A stretch of 64,000 nt of DNA from NCBI GenBank assembly GCA_948944455.1, contig CARBES010000001.1:981-64980 (forward strand), read 5' to 3'. The notes beneath the pieces were generated by a model. That model was not told where the DNA came from, did no database searches, and saw only the letters and a program-made list of their open reading frames with translations. The DNA comes from an uncultured Candidatus Saccharibacteria bacterium (GTDB lineage Bacteria; Patescibacteriota; Saccharimonadia; Saccharimonadales; Saccharimonadaceae). Below are positions 1 to 9,474 of this stretch, one piece after another. Positions within the stretch are counted from its first letter, which is position 1, and every line of letters begins with the position of its first letter. The position numbers and the translations under genes were made by a program.

Positions 1-1
1 G

Positions 2-1228
2 GCTAGTCCGGGAGTTTACTTCCATAAAAATGCGGGCGGCGAAGTAATCTATGTTGGTAAGGCGGCCGTGCTTAAAAATCGGGTACGTCAATATTTTCAC
101 AAGACTCAGAAGGATCCAAAGACTGAAGCCCTTGTTCGCGAAATAGCCGATACTGACTGGATCGTGGTTGATACCGAGATGGATGCGCTCTTTCTTGAGT
201 CGGAAATGATTAAACGCTACATGCCGAAATGGAATATACTTTTGCGCGATGACAAAACCGTCTCTTATGTTCGAATCGATATGAAATCGGAGGTACCATA
301 CCTTAGTTTTACGCGGACTCCTCAAGATGACAAAGCGACGTATATCGGTCCATTTTATGGTAAGAGTGCTGTCGAGAAGGCGCTGCGGATCTTGCGCAAA
401 GTTTTTCCCTATTACGATAAACCCTATGATGGTAAAAAGACTCTCAATACAGATCTGGGCCTAACGCCGGGGATCGAGGTTGGTCGTATGACGCCAGAAG
501 AATACAAGAAAAACCTACGTAAACTGCGCCTATACCTTGAAGGCGGTCGTCATAAATTGCTCAAAGACCTCGAAAAACAGATGAAAGACGCCGCAAAAGC
601 CGAAAACTTTGAGGAAGCGGCCGAGCTTCGCAAACAACTTTTTGGCCTACGCGAGCTCCAGAAGAAAATCGTCTTCTCGGACAAGGAATTCTTGGATATA
701 TCCTCGGACCAAGCTTTAGTCGATTTGCAGATGGCTTTGCGTTTGCCAGAGCCGCCTCGTCGTATTGAAGGTTACGATATTTCTCACCAGTCGGGCACAA
801 ACGTGGTTGGCTCGATGGTGGTTTTCGTGAACGGGGCCTCGGATCGTTCCGAATACCGTAAATTTAAGCTTCGCCATCAGAAGAATGACGACGCGGCGAA
901 CTTACGCGAGGTAATAGAGCGCCGCCTAAAGCACAAAGAATGGGATTTTCCAAATCTAATTGTGCTCGATGGTGGAATTACTCAAGTGAATGCGGTACGT
1001 GATTTGTTGGCGGCGGAGCATATTGCTGTGATTGGTCGCGATAAGTCTGGTGACCATACCCGCAACGCTGCTGTGCGTATTATCGTGCCGGATGACGATG
1101 GCTATAAGTTAATCCCTTTGCCGGGAAATTCACATATCGCAAAACTAATCGCCCGAATCGATGACGAGGCGCATCGCTTCGCGGTCACCTATCACACACT
1201 TTTGAAACGCAAAAATATGCTAAAATAG
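2..1228 (+). CDS. uvrC: Excinuclease ABC subunit C (5'-truncated by window edge; lacks C-terminal HhH domain)
   Basis: Frame is open from base 2 (ASPGVYFHKNAGGEVIYVGKA, GIY-YIG motif). Also has a UVR motif (ENFEEAAELR) and an RNase H-like domain (RIEGYDISH, DGG, DEAHRFA). Confidence 0.93.
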   Translation, partial: ASPGVYFHKNAGGEVIYVGKAAVLKNRVRQYFHKTQKDPKTEALVREIADTDWIVVDTEMDALFLESEMIKRYMPKWNILLRDDKTVSYVRIDMKSEVPYLSFTRTPQDDKATYIGPFYGKSAVEKALRILRKVFPYYDKPYDGKKTLNTDLGLTPGIEVGRMTPEEYKKNLRKLRLYLEGGRHKLLKDLEKQMKDAAKAENFEEAAELRKQLFGLRELQKKIVFSDKEFLDISSDQALVDLQMALRLPEPPRRIEGYDISHQSGTNVVGSMVVFVNGASDRSEYRKFKLRHQKNDDAANLREVIERRLKHKEWDFPNLIVLDGGITQVNAVRDLLAAEHIAVIGRDKSGDHTRNAAVRIIVPDDDGYKLIPLPGNSHIAKLIARIDDEAHRFAVTYHTLLKRKNMLK

Positions 1229-1232
1229 CGCT

Positions 1233-1451
1233 ATGGAAGTCATGAAATTCTTCGGTGGCACTTGTGCGCCCGACGCTGGCCCCGAATGCGAAGCTATGTT
1301 TGACGCCATGCTACAAGGCATCGCGCAGCACGAACAGTTTAGGATGAATGCACCACTATTAGTAATCGCAATTGCACTATTTATTGTGGCGACATTTCTC
1401 ACCTTTGCTCTAGTTGCTAAGAGCCGCGCGGATAAAAATCAGTCCAAATAG
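1233..1451 (+). CDS. Small hypothetical membrane protein
   Basis: 72-aa ORF 4 nt after the uvrC stop, with one C-terminal hydrophobic helix. Confidence 0.55.
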   Translation: MEVMKFFGGTCAPDAGPECEAMFDAMLQGIAQHEQFRMNAPLLVIAIALFIVATFLTFALVAKSRADKNQSK

Positions 1452-1495
1452 GGTCTTACTTTTTGTAATATAAGCACTCGTGCTATAATATATCT

Positions 1496-1867
1496 ATGAT
1501 CAAGAAACAAATCATTATTTTTCTATTACGTTGGGCGGCCTCCAGCCTTGGTATGTATCTCTGTATTACGTGGCTTGGCACGGTTAGTGCTGACGCTTCG
1601 GCTAATTTTGAGCAGCCTTGGATGCTTTATGTGATAGCCGGTCTCATTTTTTCGTTAATCAACTCGATCGTGAAGCCGCTCGTGAAACTTCTGGCTCTGC
1701 CGTTGGCGATTCTTACAATGGGTATCTCGACGCTAATTATTAATACTGCAATGGTGGTTCTCACAATTCACCTCTTACCGGGTGTAGAAATGGATATTTG
1801 GGGTGCGGTTATCTCAAGTATTGTTATGAGTGTGATAAACTCCGTCCTTAACCTCTTTCTCAGCTAA
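1496..1867 (+). CDS. Phage holin family (DUF360/YvlD-like) 4-TM membrane protein
   Basis: Signature LINSIVKPLVKLLALPLAILTMG; TGCTATAAT just upstream of the ATG. Confidence 0.8.
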   Translation: MIKKQIIIFLLRWAASSLGMYLCITWLGTVSADASANFEQPWMLYVIAGLIFSLINSIVKPLVKLLALPLAILTMGISTLIINTAMVVLTIHLLPGVEMDIWGAVISSIVMSVINSVLNLFLS

Positions 1868-1916
1868 TTTAGGCGAACGCCTTGATTTTGTGCTCTGACC
1901 GGAGTATAATATAAAC

Positions 1917-2144
1917 ATGAATTTGGGAACACTATTTCAGAGCATTATCTTTATCTCGGCAATTTTATCGATTTTGCTGATTTTATTGCAGCAGCGTGGT
2001 GCTTCATTGGGTGCTGGGTTTGGTAGCTCCGGCGAACTTTATACAACTCGCCGCGGTCTAGAGCGCTCGCTTTTTAATGCGACAATTGTTTGTGTCGTGG
2101 TTTTTGTAGTTTCGATTTTGGCTTTAATTTTGATTCCAGCGTAA
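1917..2144 (+). CDS. secG: Preprotein translocase subunit SecG
   Basis: Two TM helices around LLQQRGASLGAGFG...TRRGLE. Confidence 0.92.
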   Translation: MNLGTLFQSIIFISAILSILLILLQQRGASLGAGFGSSGELYTTRRGLERSLFNATIVCVVVFVVSILALILIPA

Positions 2145-2177
2145 TACTAAAACAAAAGGAAGTGGGAGCAAGTTAGT

Positions 2178-3908
2178 ATGAAACCTATCGCCAAAAAGCG
2201 TGGCCAAAAGCTCTCCCAGCGTTGGGAACAATTTTCCGAGCGGGCTCGCGAAGGGAGTCGAGAGCATATCCAGGAGAACATCATTGACCGCTTGCCACAT
2301 GCAAAACGAGTTCGGCTCCTGATTCTTGAGTGGTGTCTGCTAATCGTAATCATTACATCGTTAGCTTTGACGCAGGCTTTTTGGTATAGCCAATCATATT
2401 CTGTCCAAGCTTATGTCGACGGTGGCACCTACATTGAAGCAACGACTGGTCGCGTCAATACCCTAAACCCGCTTTTTGCCACCACGAATAGTGAAAAAGT
2501 TCTCTCGAAGTTAATGTTTGCCACCCTCTCGACAATCGATTACTCGGGCCACGTTGGGCTTGGTTTGGCGGCCTCGATCACTCCAGACGACACTGGTAAG
2601 GTTTGGGCAGTTACCTTGCGTGATGGTCTAAAATGGTCTGATGGTGAGCCGATCACTCTAGATGATGTGCTATATACGATTAATCTCGCTAAGGATCCGA
2701 CCGTCAACACGACCTATTCTTCGAACTTTGCGGGGGTAACGGTTGAACGAATTGACAACACGCTATTTTTTGCATTGCCTTCGGCTTATGCTGATTTCGA
2801 TGCAACTTTAAACATTCCGATTTTACCGTCGCATATTTTGGGAGAAGTATCTTCAAGTCAGCTCCTTGAGCACAGTTTTAGCACTAGCCCAGTTACGAGC
2901 GGTGCTTTTACTTTTAACGCTATGCAGAATGTTTCCGGTGACGGAGAAAAAATCGTCTACCTTGCCTCAAACCCATACTACTATAAAAGTGAGCCAATGC
3001 TTAATAGCTTTGCGATTCACACTTATTCCGATCCAGAGGATATCGTGACGGCGATTTCGACTGGTGAAGTTACGGCTACAGCGGAGCTTTCAGCAGTTTA
3101 TCGCGACCAGATGTCATCCGAACTTATTTATGAGAAGCAGACCGCGATCGCGAGCGGGGTCTTCGCCTTTCTAAACACGACCAGCCCGCTCCTAAATAAC
3201 CTTTCTGTACGTCAGGCTATCCAAAAGGGGATTAACATGTCGGAAATTCGTTCGGTTCTCGGCTACGAATTCCCACTTGACTATCCGATTCTTAGCTCTG
3301 AAATTGAGCTGAATGAGTATCCGGAGTTGCCAGCTTATGATCTCGCTGCAGCGAAAGAAGCTATCACAGCGGCTGGCGTGGCCGGACAGACCTTGCGACT
3401 CGCCACAACGAATTCTGGATATTTTCCTCAATTGGCCGAAATTCTAAAAATTCAGCTCGAGGAACTGGGCTTCGCGGTCGACTTATCAATTTCAGCGCCT
3501 GGCCAAGAATTCTTTGTTAACGTTATCCGTCAGCGCGACTACGATATCTTGCTTTATGAAGTCGAACTTGGGGCCGATCCAGATCTTTTTGCCTACTATC
3601 ACTCATCGCAGTCTTCAAACTCGGGTCTAAACCTCTCGAATTATGCCAATGCCTTGGTAGATGATCTAATTTTGGGCGCCCGCACCTCAATGGATCTGAG
3701 TGCTCGGGTAAGCAAATATGAAACCTTTTTACGGCGCTGGGTGAATGACGTTCCGGCTATCGGTATTTATCAAGCTAGCCTTACCTACTATTTTAACCGT
3801 AATGTTCGTGCCTTCTCAGAGGAAGACCGCCTAGTCTATGCAACTGACCGCTTCGTGGATGTCGAATATTGGGCGGTAAACAAGTCTGCTAAGAATCGCA
3901 CCCCTTGA
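2178..3908 (+). CDS. ABC transporter substrate-binding protein, family 5 (peptide/nickel type)
   Basis: N-terminal TM anchor, TLNPL, LRDGLKWSDGEPITLDDVLYT, PVTSGAF, VRQAI. Confidence 0.85.
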   Translation: MKPIAKKRGQKLSQRWEQFSERAREGSREHIQENIIDRLPHAKRVRLLILEWCLLIVIITSLALTQAFWYSQSYSVQAYVDGGTYIEATTGRVNTLNPLFATTNSEKVLSKLMFATLSTIDYSGHVGLGLAASITPDDTGKVWAVTLRDGLKWSDGEPITLDDVLYTINLAKDPTVNTTYSSNFAGVTVERIDNTLFFALPSAYADFDATLNIPILPSHILGEVSSSQLLEHSFSTSPVTSGAFTFNAMQNVSGDGEKIVYLASNPYYYKSEPMLNSFAIHTYSDPEDIVTAISTGEVTATAELSAVYRDQMSSELIYEKQTAIASGVFAFLNTTSPLLNNLSVRQAIQKGINMSEIRSVLGYEFPLDYPILSSEIELNEYPELPAYDLAAAKEAITAAGVAGQTLRLATTNSGYFPQLAEILKIQLEELGFAVDLSISAPGQEFFVNVIRQRDYDILLYEVELGADPDLFAYYHSSQSSNSGLNLSNYANALVDDLILGARTSMDLSARVSKYETFLRRWVNDVPAIGIYQASLTYYFNRNVRAFSEEDRLVYATDRFVDVEYWAVNKSAKNRTP

Positions 3909-4014
3909 CAAAATATGTAATCTGTGCTACAATGGTAGTGTAAGGTATCAGCTTGCCTGATGCTCCGCCTTTCTGTGCTTCCAAATTTTCACAAAATGTG
4001 CTAATATAATAGAT

Positions 4015-5769
4015 ATGAGAAGCTTATCTACGGAACTAAAATCAGAAATTGGTAAAAAAGTCAGCGTTTCCGGCTGGGTGAATTCTCGCCGTGATCATGG
4101 CGGCCTGATTTTTATTGATCTCCGTGATCATAAGGGTGTGATTCAGCTTGTAATTACTCCGGACGTAGCAGAAGCTTTCAAAACCGCCGAAGGTCTGCGT
4201 GATGAATTTGTTATCTCGGCGACTGGAAATGTGCGTGAGCGTGCTCCAGAGCTTAAAAATCCTAACATTGAGACTGGTGATATTGAGATTGTCGTCGATG
4301 AGCTAACTTTGATTAATAAATCCGAACCTTTGCCAGTCAATACGCACGACGAAGGTGATCTGTCGGGTGAGGACTTGCGTCTTAAGTATCGCTATCTCGA
4401 CTTACGGCGCCCATCGATGCAACAAACCTTGAGACGACGAGCCGAGTACTATCGTTTTATGCGTAGATATATGGACGAGCATGATTTTATTGAAGTCACG
4501 ACCCCGATTCTTGCTAACTCGTCACCAGAGGGCGCGCGCGATTTCCTCGTACCTTCACGTTTGCACCCAGGAAAGTTCTATGCCTTGCCACAAGCTCCGC
4601 AACAGTTCAAGCAACTTCTGATGGTGGGCGGGATCCCGCGTTACTATCAGATTGCGCCGTGCTTCCGCGATGAAGATCCGCGCGCTGACCGTCTCTATGG
4701 GGATTTTTATCAGCTTGACTGCGAGATGGCTTTTGTTGACGATGGGGAAGTTGTTCGACAAACGCTTGAGCCGTTAATTAAACAATTAGTGACTGAATTT
4801 GCTGGCAAAGAACTCGTTAGTAATGATGTTCCGCGGATTCCTTACCGTGAGGCGATGGAAAAATACGGCACCGACAAGCCTGACTTGCGTTATAGTCTTG
4901 AGATGGTGGATTTGACTGAGGCTTTGAAGAATGTCGAGTTTAAGGTTTTTCAAGCTCCTTGCGTGAAGGCTATTCGGGTGCCAGGTGGAGCTAGTTTTAC
5001 TCGCAAACAAATCGATGAGTTTACGGATCTTGCTCGGAAGAATGGCGCTGGCGGTTTAGCCTATATTGTCTTTGGTGATGGGGAAGCTAAAGGGCCAGTG
5101 GTGAAGTTCCTAAAAGATGAGGAGCTGAAGGCGGTTCGAGAGAAAACTGGTGCAGAGGATGGAGATGCGGTGTTCTTTGGTGCGGATGAACGCGAAAAAG
5201 TCAACAAAGTACTTGGCGCTGTACGGATTGCCTTTGCGGACACGCTTGGTCTAAAGGATGATAACAAAGTCGCCCTTTGCTGGATCGTAGATTTTCCGTT
5301 TTATGAATGGGATGATGGCGCAAATAAGCTTGACTTCGGTCACAACCCATTCTCGTTGCCGAAGGGTGGACTAAAGGCGATTCGTGAGACTGAAAATAAA
5401 CTTGATATCGTCGCTGATCAGTATGATATGGTAATGAACGGTTACGAAGTTTGCTCAGGTGCAGTGCGAAACTATAACCCAGAGATTATGTACGAAGTTT
5501 TCGGCGTACTTGGCTACGATCAGGAGTATGTCGCTAAGAAGTTTGGCGGAATGCTCAACGCTTTCAAGTTTGGTGCACCTCCTCACGCCGGCTGCGCCTT
5601 TGGTATCGACCGTATGTTTATGGTGCTCGAAGGCTTAAAGAACATTCGCGATATTGTCGCCTTCCCGAAGAATGGTTCAGGCGTTGATTTGATGATGAAC
5701 TCGCCGTCTGCTGTTGACGACAATCAACTTGAAGAAGCTCATCTCGCGATTATTGAAGACGAAGAATAA
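4015..5769 (+). CDS. aspS: Aspartate--tRNA ligase (probably non-discriminating Asp/Asn type)
   Basis: RRDHGGLIFIDLRD, LKYRYLDLRR, PEGARDF, LPQAPQQFKQLLM, GAPPHAG. Confidence 0.97.
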   Translation: MRSLSTELKSEIGKKVSVSGWVNSRRDHGGLIFIDLRDHKGVIQLVITPDVAEAFKTAEGLRDEFVISATGNVRERAPELKNPNIETGDIEIVVDELTLINKSEPLPVNTHDEGDLSGEDLRLKYRYLDLRRPSMQQTLRRRAEYYRFMRRYMDEHDFIEVTTPILANSSPEGARDFLVPSRLHPGKFYALPQAPQQFKQLLMVGGIPRYYQIAPCFRDEDPRADRLYGDFYQLDCEMAFVDDGEVVRQTLEPLIKQLVTEFAGKELVSNDVPRIPYREAMEKYGTDKPDLRYSLEMVDLTEALKNVEFKVFQAPCVKAIRVPGGASFTRKQIDEFTDLARKNGAGGLAYIVFGDGEAKGPVVKFLKDEELKAVREKTGAEDGDAVFFGADEREKVNKVLGAVRIAFADTLGLKDDNKVALCWIVDFPFYEWDDGANKLDFGHNPFSLPKGGLKAIRETENKLDIVADQYDMVMNGYEVCSGAVRNYNPEIMYEVFGVLGYDQEYVAKKFGGMLNAFKFGAPPHAGCAFGIDRMFMVLEGLKNIRDIVAFPKNGSGVDLMMNSPSAVDDNQLEEAHLAIIEDEE

Positions 5770-5789
5770 CCCTGTGCTATAATATCTAT

Positions 5790-6839
5790 ATGGTATGTGT
5801 GGCTGCGTTTATTATCCTGTGTCTTGTTGGTGTTTTTGTTGCTTTCTTAAGCATCTTTCGCCGCGATATCGGTCGAAAATACTGGGCAGTTTTTAAGAAA
5901 GCTTGGGGCTGTGTCGGCAAGAAAGTTCGGCTGCAGAAGTGTGAGACGAACTTTAAGGATGATGTTAAAAATAGCCTTCTTAGCAAGGTAGTTCTTAAAC
6001 ATCCAAAATGGGTTAAGCCATTAGGTGTTGCGATTGAAGTAAGTGCGATTTTGATCGTTTTTGTCACGATCTGGTCTCTTGTTGAGACCATAAAAGCCTT
6101 GTTGGCGCTTTGGGTTTTCGGTACTTGCAATGTTTCGCAACCAGCGAGCTGTGCACTCGGAGCCGAGGTTTGCGGAATCGACTCTGAAGAGCCGACAAAT
6201 CCGATTGAATGGACTGGGCGGTGGTTTTCGGAATGGGGCGAAATTTTCGCCAATATCCCGGACCGATTTCGTAGTTGGCAGGCTGAAGATTATCTTGTTG
6301 AGCCATATAGTTTTGCCACAAAGTACCATGATGGCAATCCATTAGCCCTAAGTATTTTTGATCCAGGTTGCACGGTTTGTTTGCAGAGCTATCGCAATGA
6401 AAAGAAATCCGGATTTTTCGATAAGTATAACACTGTATTGATGGTTTATCCTATTCAACTGCCAGATGGAGGATATAAGTTTAATAACTCAGATTTGATT
6501 GCGCGCTATATCCACGCGGCGGACCTGCTAGATACGGACTACACTGCGAAGATTGTTGACCGACTCTTCACTGAGTCTAACTCGGATGGAGTAATTTGGC
6601 AATCGGTACTCATACAGAGCGATCGTGCTGATGCGGAGAAGATTCTGCAGAGCTGGCTCAAAGATTTTGGCGCAGAGGAGGTCGAGATTAGGAAGCTTGC
6701 AAAGAGTGCTAATAGCGACGAAGTATCTCAAATCATGGCACAGATAAAAGAAATGGTCGAGAATAAGATTCACGCCAAGGGGATTCCTACGGCAATCTAC
6801 GACGGGAAGAAGCACAGTGGCCTCTATCAAACAAAATAG
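5790..6839 (+). CDS. Membrane-anchored Cys-rich protein with C-terminal thioredoxin/DsbA-like domain
   Basis: N-terminal TM segments, DPGCTVC CxxC motif and GIPT cis-Pro-like motif near the C-terminus. Confidence 0.6.
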   Translation: MVCVAAFIILCLVGVFVAFLSIFRRDIGRKYWAVFKKAWGCVGKKVRLQKCETNFKDDVKNSLLSKVVLKHPKWVKPLGVAIEVSAILIVFVTIWSLVETIKALLALWVFGTCNVSQPASCALGAEVCGIDSEEPTNPIEWTGRWFSEWGEIFANIPDRFRSWQAEDYLVEPYSFATKYHDGNPLALSIFDPGCTVCLQSYRNEKKSGFFDKYNTVLMVYPIQLPDGGYKFNNSDLIARYIHAADLLDTDYTAKIVDRLFTESNSDGVIWQSVLIQSDRADAEKILQSWLKDFGAEEVEIRKLAKSANSDEVSQIMAQIKEMVENKIHAKGIPTAIYDGKKHSGLYQTK

Positions 6840-7356
6840 GACAAAATTACTGCTTGGATTGGCGGTGTCGACGAGCGCGATAGTGCTAGTATGGGGGGCT
6901 TTCTTTGCCTTTTTGTCAGCGCATGCGGTCGAGAAAGAGCGCCTCACGGCAATTTCTCAGAACTGTTCTACGATAAAGCAGAGTTTAAGTCAGCTTCAGC
7001 GCGCCGATTCGCGCACGCGAACTTACCTAGGGTCGGCTTATGAGGCAATTTTGACAAAATTCATAACACCTTTAAATCTGCGTTTGACGCGGAATAATCA
7101 TGATGCCGAGCAGCTTTTTGCGATCCAGGCGGAATTTTCGGCCGAGCAGGCCCGTTTTCGCGCAGCGTATACAGATTATATGCGTGATTTAGAAGGATTG
7201 ATAGCTACCGATTGTAGTGCACACCCTGAAACATTCTATCAACGTCTTGAATCTACTCGTACAAAACGAACCGACCTAAAGGCTACCACGGTTAAGCTTT
7301 CCGAATTAGCTAATGCCCAATACCAAGCCGTGCTAGAGCTAAAGGAGTCACTATGA
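6817..7356 (+). CDS. Hypothetical exported helical protein
   Basis: 179-aa ORF with an N-terminal TM, overlapping both neighbours as in an operon. Confidence 0.7.
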   Translation: MASIKQNRTKLLLGLAVSTSAIVLVWGAFFAFLSAHAVEKERLTAISQNCSTIKQSLSQLQRADSRTRTYLGSAYEAILTKFITPLNLRLTRNNHDAEQLFAIQAEFSAEQARFRAAYTDYMRDLEGLIATDCSAHPETFYQRLESTRTKRTDLKATTVKLSELANAQYQAVLELKESL

Positions 7357-7733
7357 GTTTAAGTACACGTGGCGGTCGTCATTTGGCTATTCTGGGTGCT
7401 GGTGCGATATTGATTGCTGGAGTAACGACTGGCATTAGCCTAATGGTCTATCGTAATTCTGGCGATATATACCTTGATCGGTCACGTCCTGGCTACTTAC
7501 CGGACGAAAACGAAGCTAAAGAAGACCCAGTTACGAATACGAACTTTGTCTACCCGGATTCTGGACCGCTCGATAAGTCTGAGCTTGAACGCTATCTTGA
7601 AGAGCTAAAGGCGATCAAAACGCGTCTTGATGCGCTCTCTGACCCGTACTCATCAGGTCCACTTTCGGATGAATCGTTGGGTATTGTAGAGATTCCGGAG
7701 GACTCTAATACAAACCCGCCCGAACATCCTTAG
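7353..7733 (+). CDS. Hypothetical membrane-anchored protein
   Basis: 126-aa ORF with an ATGA overlap with the upstream gene, an N-terminal TM and a YLDRSRPGY motif. Confidence 0.7.
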   Translation: MSLSTRGGRHLAILGAGAILIAGVTTGISLMVYRNSGDIYLDRSRPGYLPDENEAKEDPVTNTNFVYPDSGPLDKSELERYLEELKAIKTRLDALSDPYSSGPLSDESLGIVEIPEDSNTNPPEHP

Positions 7734-7758
7734 TCTAACCTTCTTCATCCTCCCTTGA

Positions 7759-7974
7759 TTACTCTATGGCTAGACAACGGAGGGGGGATGCGCCGTAGGT
7801 TGCGCTCGAGGCTGTATTGGTAACTATTATGTTCGTAAAGTGGAGTAAAGGGTACCGTGATGCAAATATTCCGCCATTAGGGTTGTATATTTCGGTGCTT
7901 GTATGGTAGTTGCCTTGTTGTGCTGCCATATCAATAATTCCATAAGCGTGCGTTAAACCTCCGCTGCGGACGAA
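7759..7974 (-). other. Silent variable cassette 1L (start-less coding fragment)
   Basis: Translates without stops: FVRSGGLTHAYGIIDMAAQQGNYHTSTEIYNPNGGIFASRYPLLHFTNIIVTNTASSATYGASPLRCLAIE*. Confidence 0.85.
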
Positions 7975-8008
7975 GATGCTGGCAACCTATTAGCGTTGGT
8001 TCATATTC

Positions 8009-8218
8009 TTCGTCCGCAGCGGAGCAAAATACACAAACCATGAGATAACAGTGTATTTGGGCGCAGGAGCGTACTACTCTTCTGGTAGCGCATATAGCTT
8101 TCAGAACCTTGGTAATGTCTACGGATTGTATTTCAGCGTTGATGCCTCTGTTCCATCCAACATAAATTATTACTACCGCATTGATGGCTTCTCCCTCCGT
8201 TGTCTAGCCATAGAGTAA
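8009..8218 (+). other. Silent variable cassette 1R (start-less coding fragment)
   Basis: FVRSGAKYTNHEITVYLGAGAYYSSGSAYSFQNLGNVYGLYFSVDASVPSNINYYYRIDGFSLRCLAIE*. Confidence 0.85.
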
Positions 8219-8332
8219 TCATAGGGAGGATGAAGAATATTATAGCTGTCTTGGAGAATATAGAAATGCAAAAATCCCTGCGCATCAACAGGGAATTCTT
8301 GCTATACCTAAATAAAATACGACGTGCGAATA

Positions 8333-8539
8333 TTAGGCTTTTTTCTTCAAAGTCAAGAAGCCATTGCGTGGATTTTCGTTCACGACGCGATCTTCTGGTA
8401 AATCGCACGGAGTACCTTTACTACCTTCGGCAGTCTTAGTAAAGAAATAAATCGTCTGTGGTTTACCGCCGCGCAAAGTAACCTCGGATTTGTGCAGGTA
8501 GTATGTGACGCCTTTGCTGTTGGTATGTTGATAGGCCAT
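8333..8539 (-). CDS. Small basic conserved hypothetical protein
   Basis: 68 aa, MAYQHTNSKGVTYYLH...NPRNGFLTLKK, with a strong AAGGAGG RBS upstream. Confidence 0.8.
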   Translation of the reverse strand: MAYQHTNSKGVTYYLHKSEVTLRGGKPQTIYFFTKTAEGSKGTPCDLPEDRVVNENPRNGFLTLKKKA

Positions 8540-8734
8540 TAGGTCCCTCCTTAGATTATTATATCTCTATCTTATGACGACAACTCGGGAGCGTCAAGAG
8601 GTTTTCCCCTATTTTTCCGTAAAAATCTTATGTTTTTAGTAAGCATAAGATTTTAACAGAGGTAAACAGGGAAGAAGCAGGGCTGTCTTATCAAATCGCC
8701 TATGTATTTTTTACAACGATCAGGGGCGAATAGG

Positions 8735-9436
8735 TTATTTTTTAAGAAATAAGAGCGCTAGGTTGAGTATGCACCAGATTAGTGCGCGCACTGCGATAAT
8801 AAGTGCAAGTATAATGCAAGCTAGAGCCGCGAATCCTGCCGCAGTGGGTGCCCAGATCGGGGAAGCATAGTTTCGACGATAAAGTTCCGTTGATGGAATA
8901 TCGGCCGTCAGCTCGGTGTTCAGGTTGTCGCTTGCAGGATACTTTGATAATTCTAAAGTCCAGCAATCAAGATAGCCTTGGCTATACCATGCCCAGCCAT
9001 TTGCGATAGCTTGGGGCTGGCATATCGCTGCAACGGCCGCATAGATATTTCCGTTCGGATTCGTGTCGTCTGCGAGATTTGATTCGGCTTCCTCAATTGC
9101 GGCGTTAGCGGCTCGGAGATATTGCTGTTCCAAGTAAAACGGTCCGGTCCCAAAAATAATTGACTGCACACCGTTGCTCTCCGCGATGTTTACTACGATA
9201 TGCGATACTACGAAATCGCGCAGCTCCGTCAGCGTTCGTTCGAGTTCGGCCTCATCTCCGGCCACATCAGCCTCTAACACCGCTGTCCTGAGCTCCACCA
9301 TTCTGAGATGATTGAATCTTAGCAATGTTACTGTAAAAAATATTAGTGGCACCAAAATCAAGACCAGCTGCCAAGTCCGCACGGCCTTAAATGGCTTGAG
9401 TGCCTTCCTGATTGTGTTTCGAGCTTTACCACCCAT
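8735..9436 (-). CDS. Hypothetical membrane protein (N- and C-terminal TM)
   Basis: Long ORF with two hydrophobic segments. Start moved to the ATG 7 nt after TGCTATAAT. Confidence 0.75.
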   Translation of the reverse strand: MGGKARNTIRKALKPFKAVRTWQLVLILVPLIFFTVTLLRFNHLRMVELRTAVLEADVAGDEAELERTLTELRDFVVSHIVVNIAESNGVQSIIFGTGPFYLEQQYLRAANAAIEEAESNLADDTNPNGNIYAAVAAICQPQAIANGWAWYSQGYLDCWTLELSKYPASDNLNTELTADIPSTELYRRNYASPIWAPTAAGFAALACIILALIIAVRALIWCILNLALLFLKK

Positions 9437-9474
9437 TTCCCCCATTATAGCATGTTATCCGCTCACATCCTAGC

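Larger units (their letters stand above)
7731..8237. repeat. Cassette locus 1: divergent pair of variable FISUMP/C-lectin-like cassettes inside nested inverted repeats
   Basis: Outer IR 7741-7784 / 8193-8237; inner IR 7959-7976 / 8007-8024; 30-bp central spacer. Confidence 0.93.

Noticed and set aside
1496..1867. Prophage suggested by the holin-family gene
   Set aside because: This family is commonly chromosomal, and no phage structural, lysis or integrase genes are nearby.
8133..8439. ORFs 8133-8408(-) and 8200-8439(+)
   Set aside because: They run through the repeat box and overlap the better-supported 8333-8539(-) gene.
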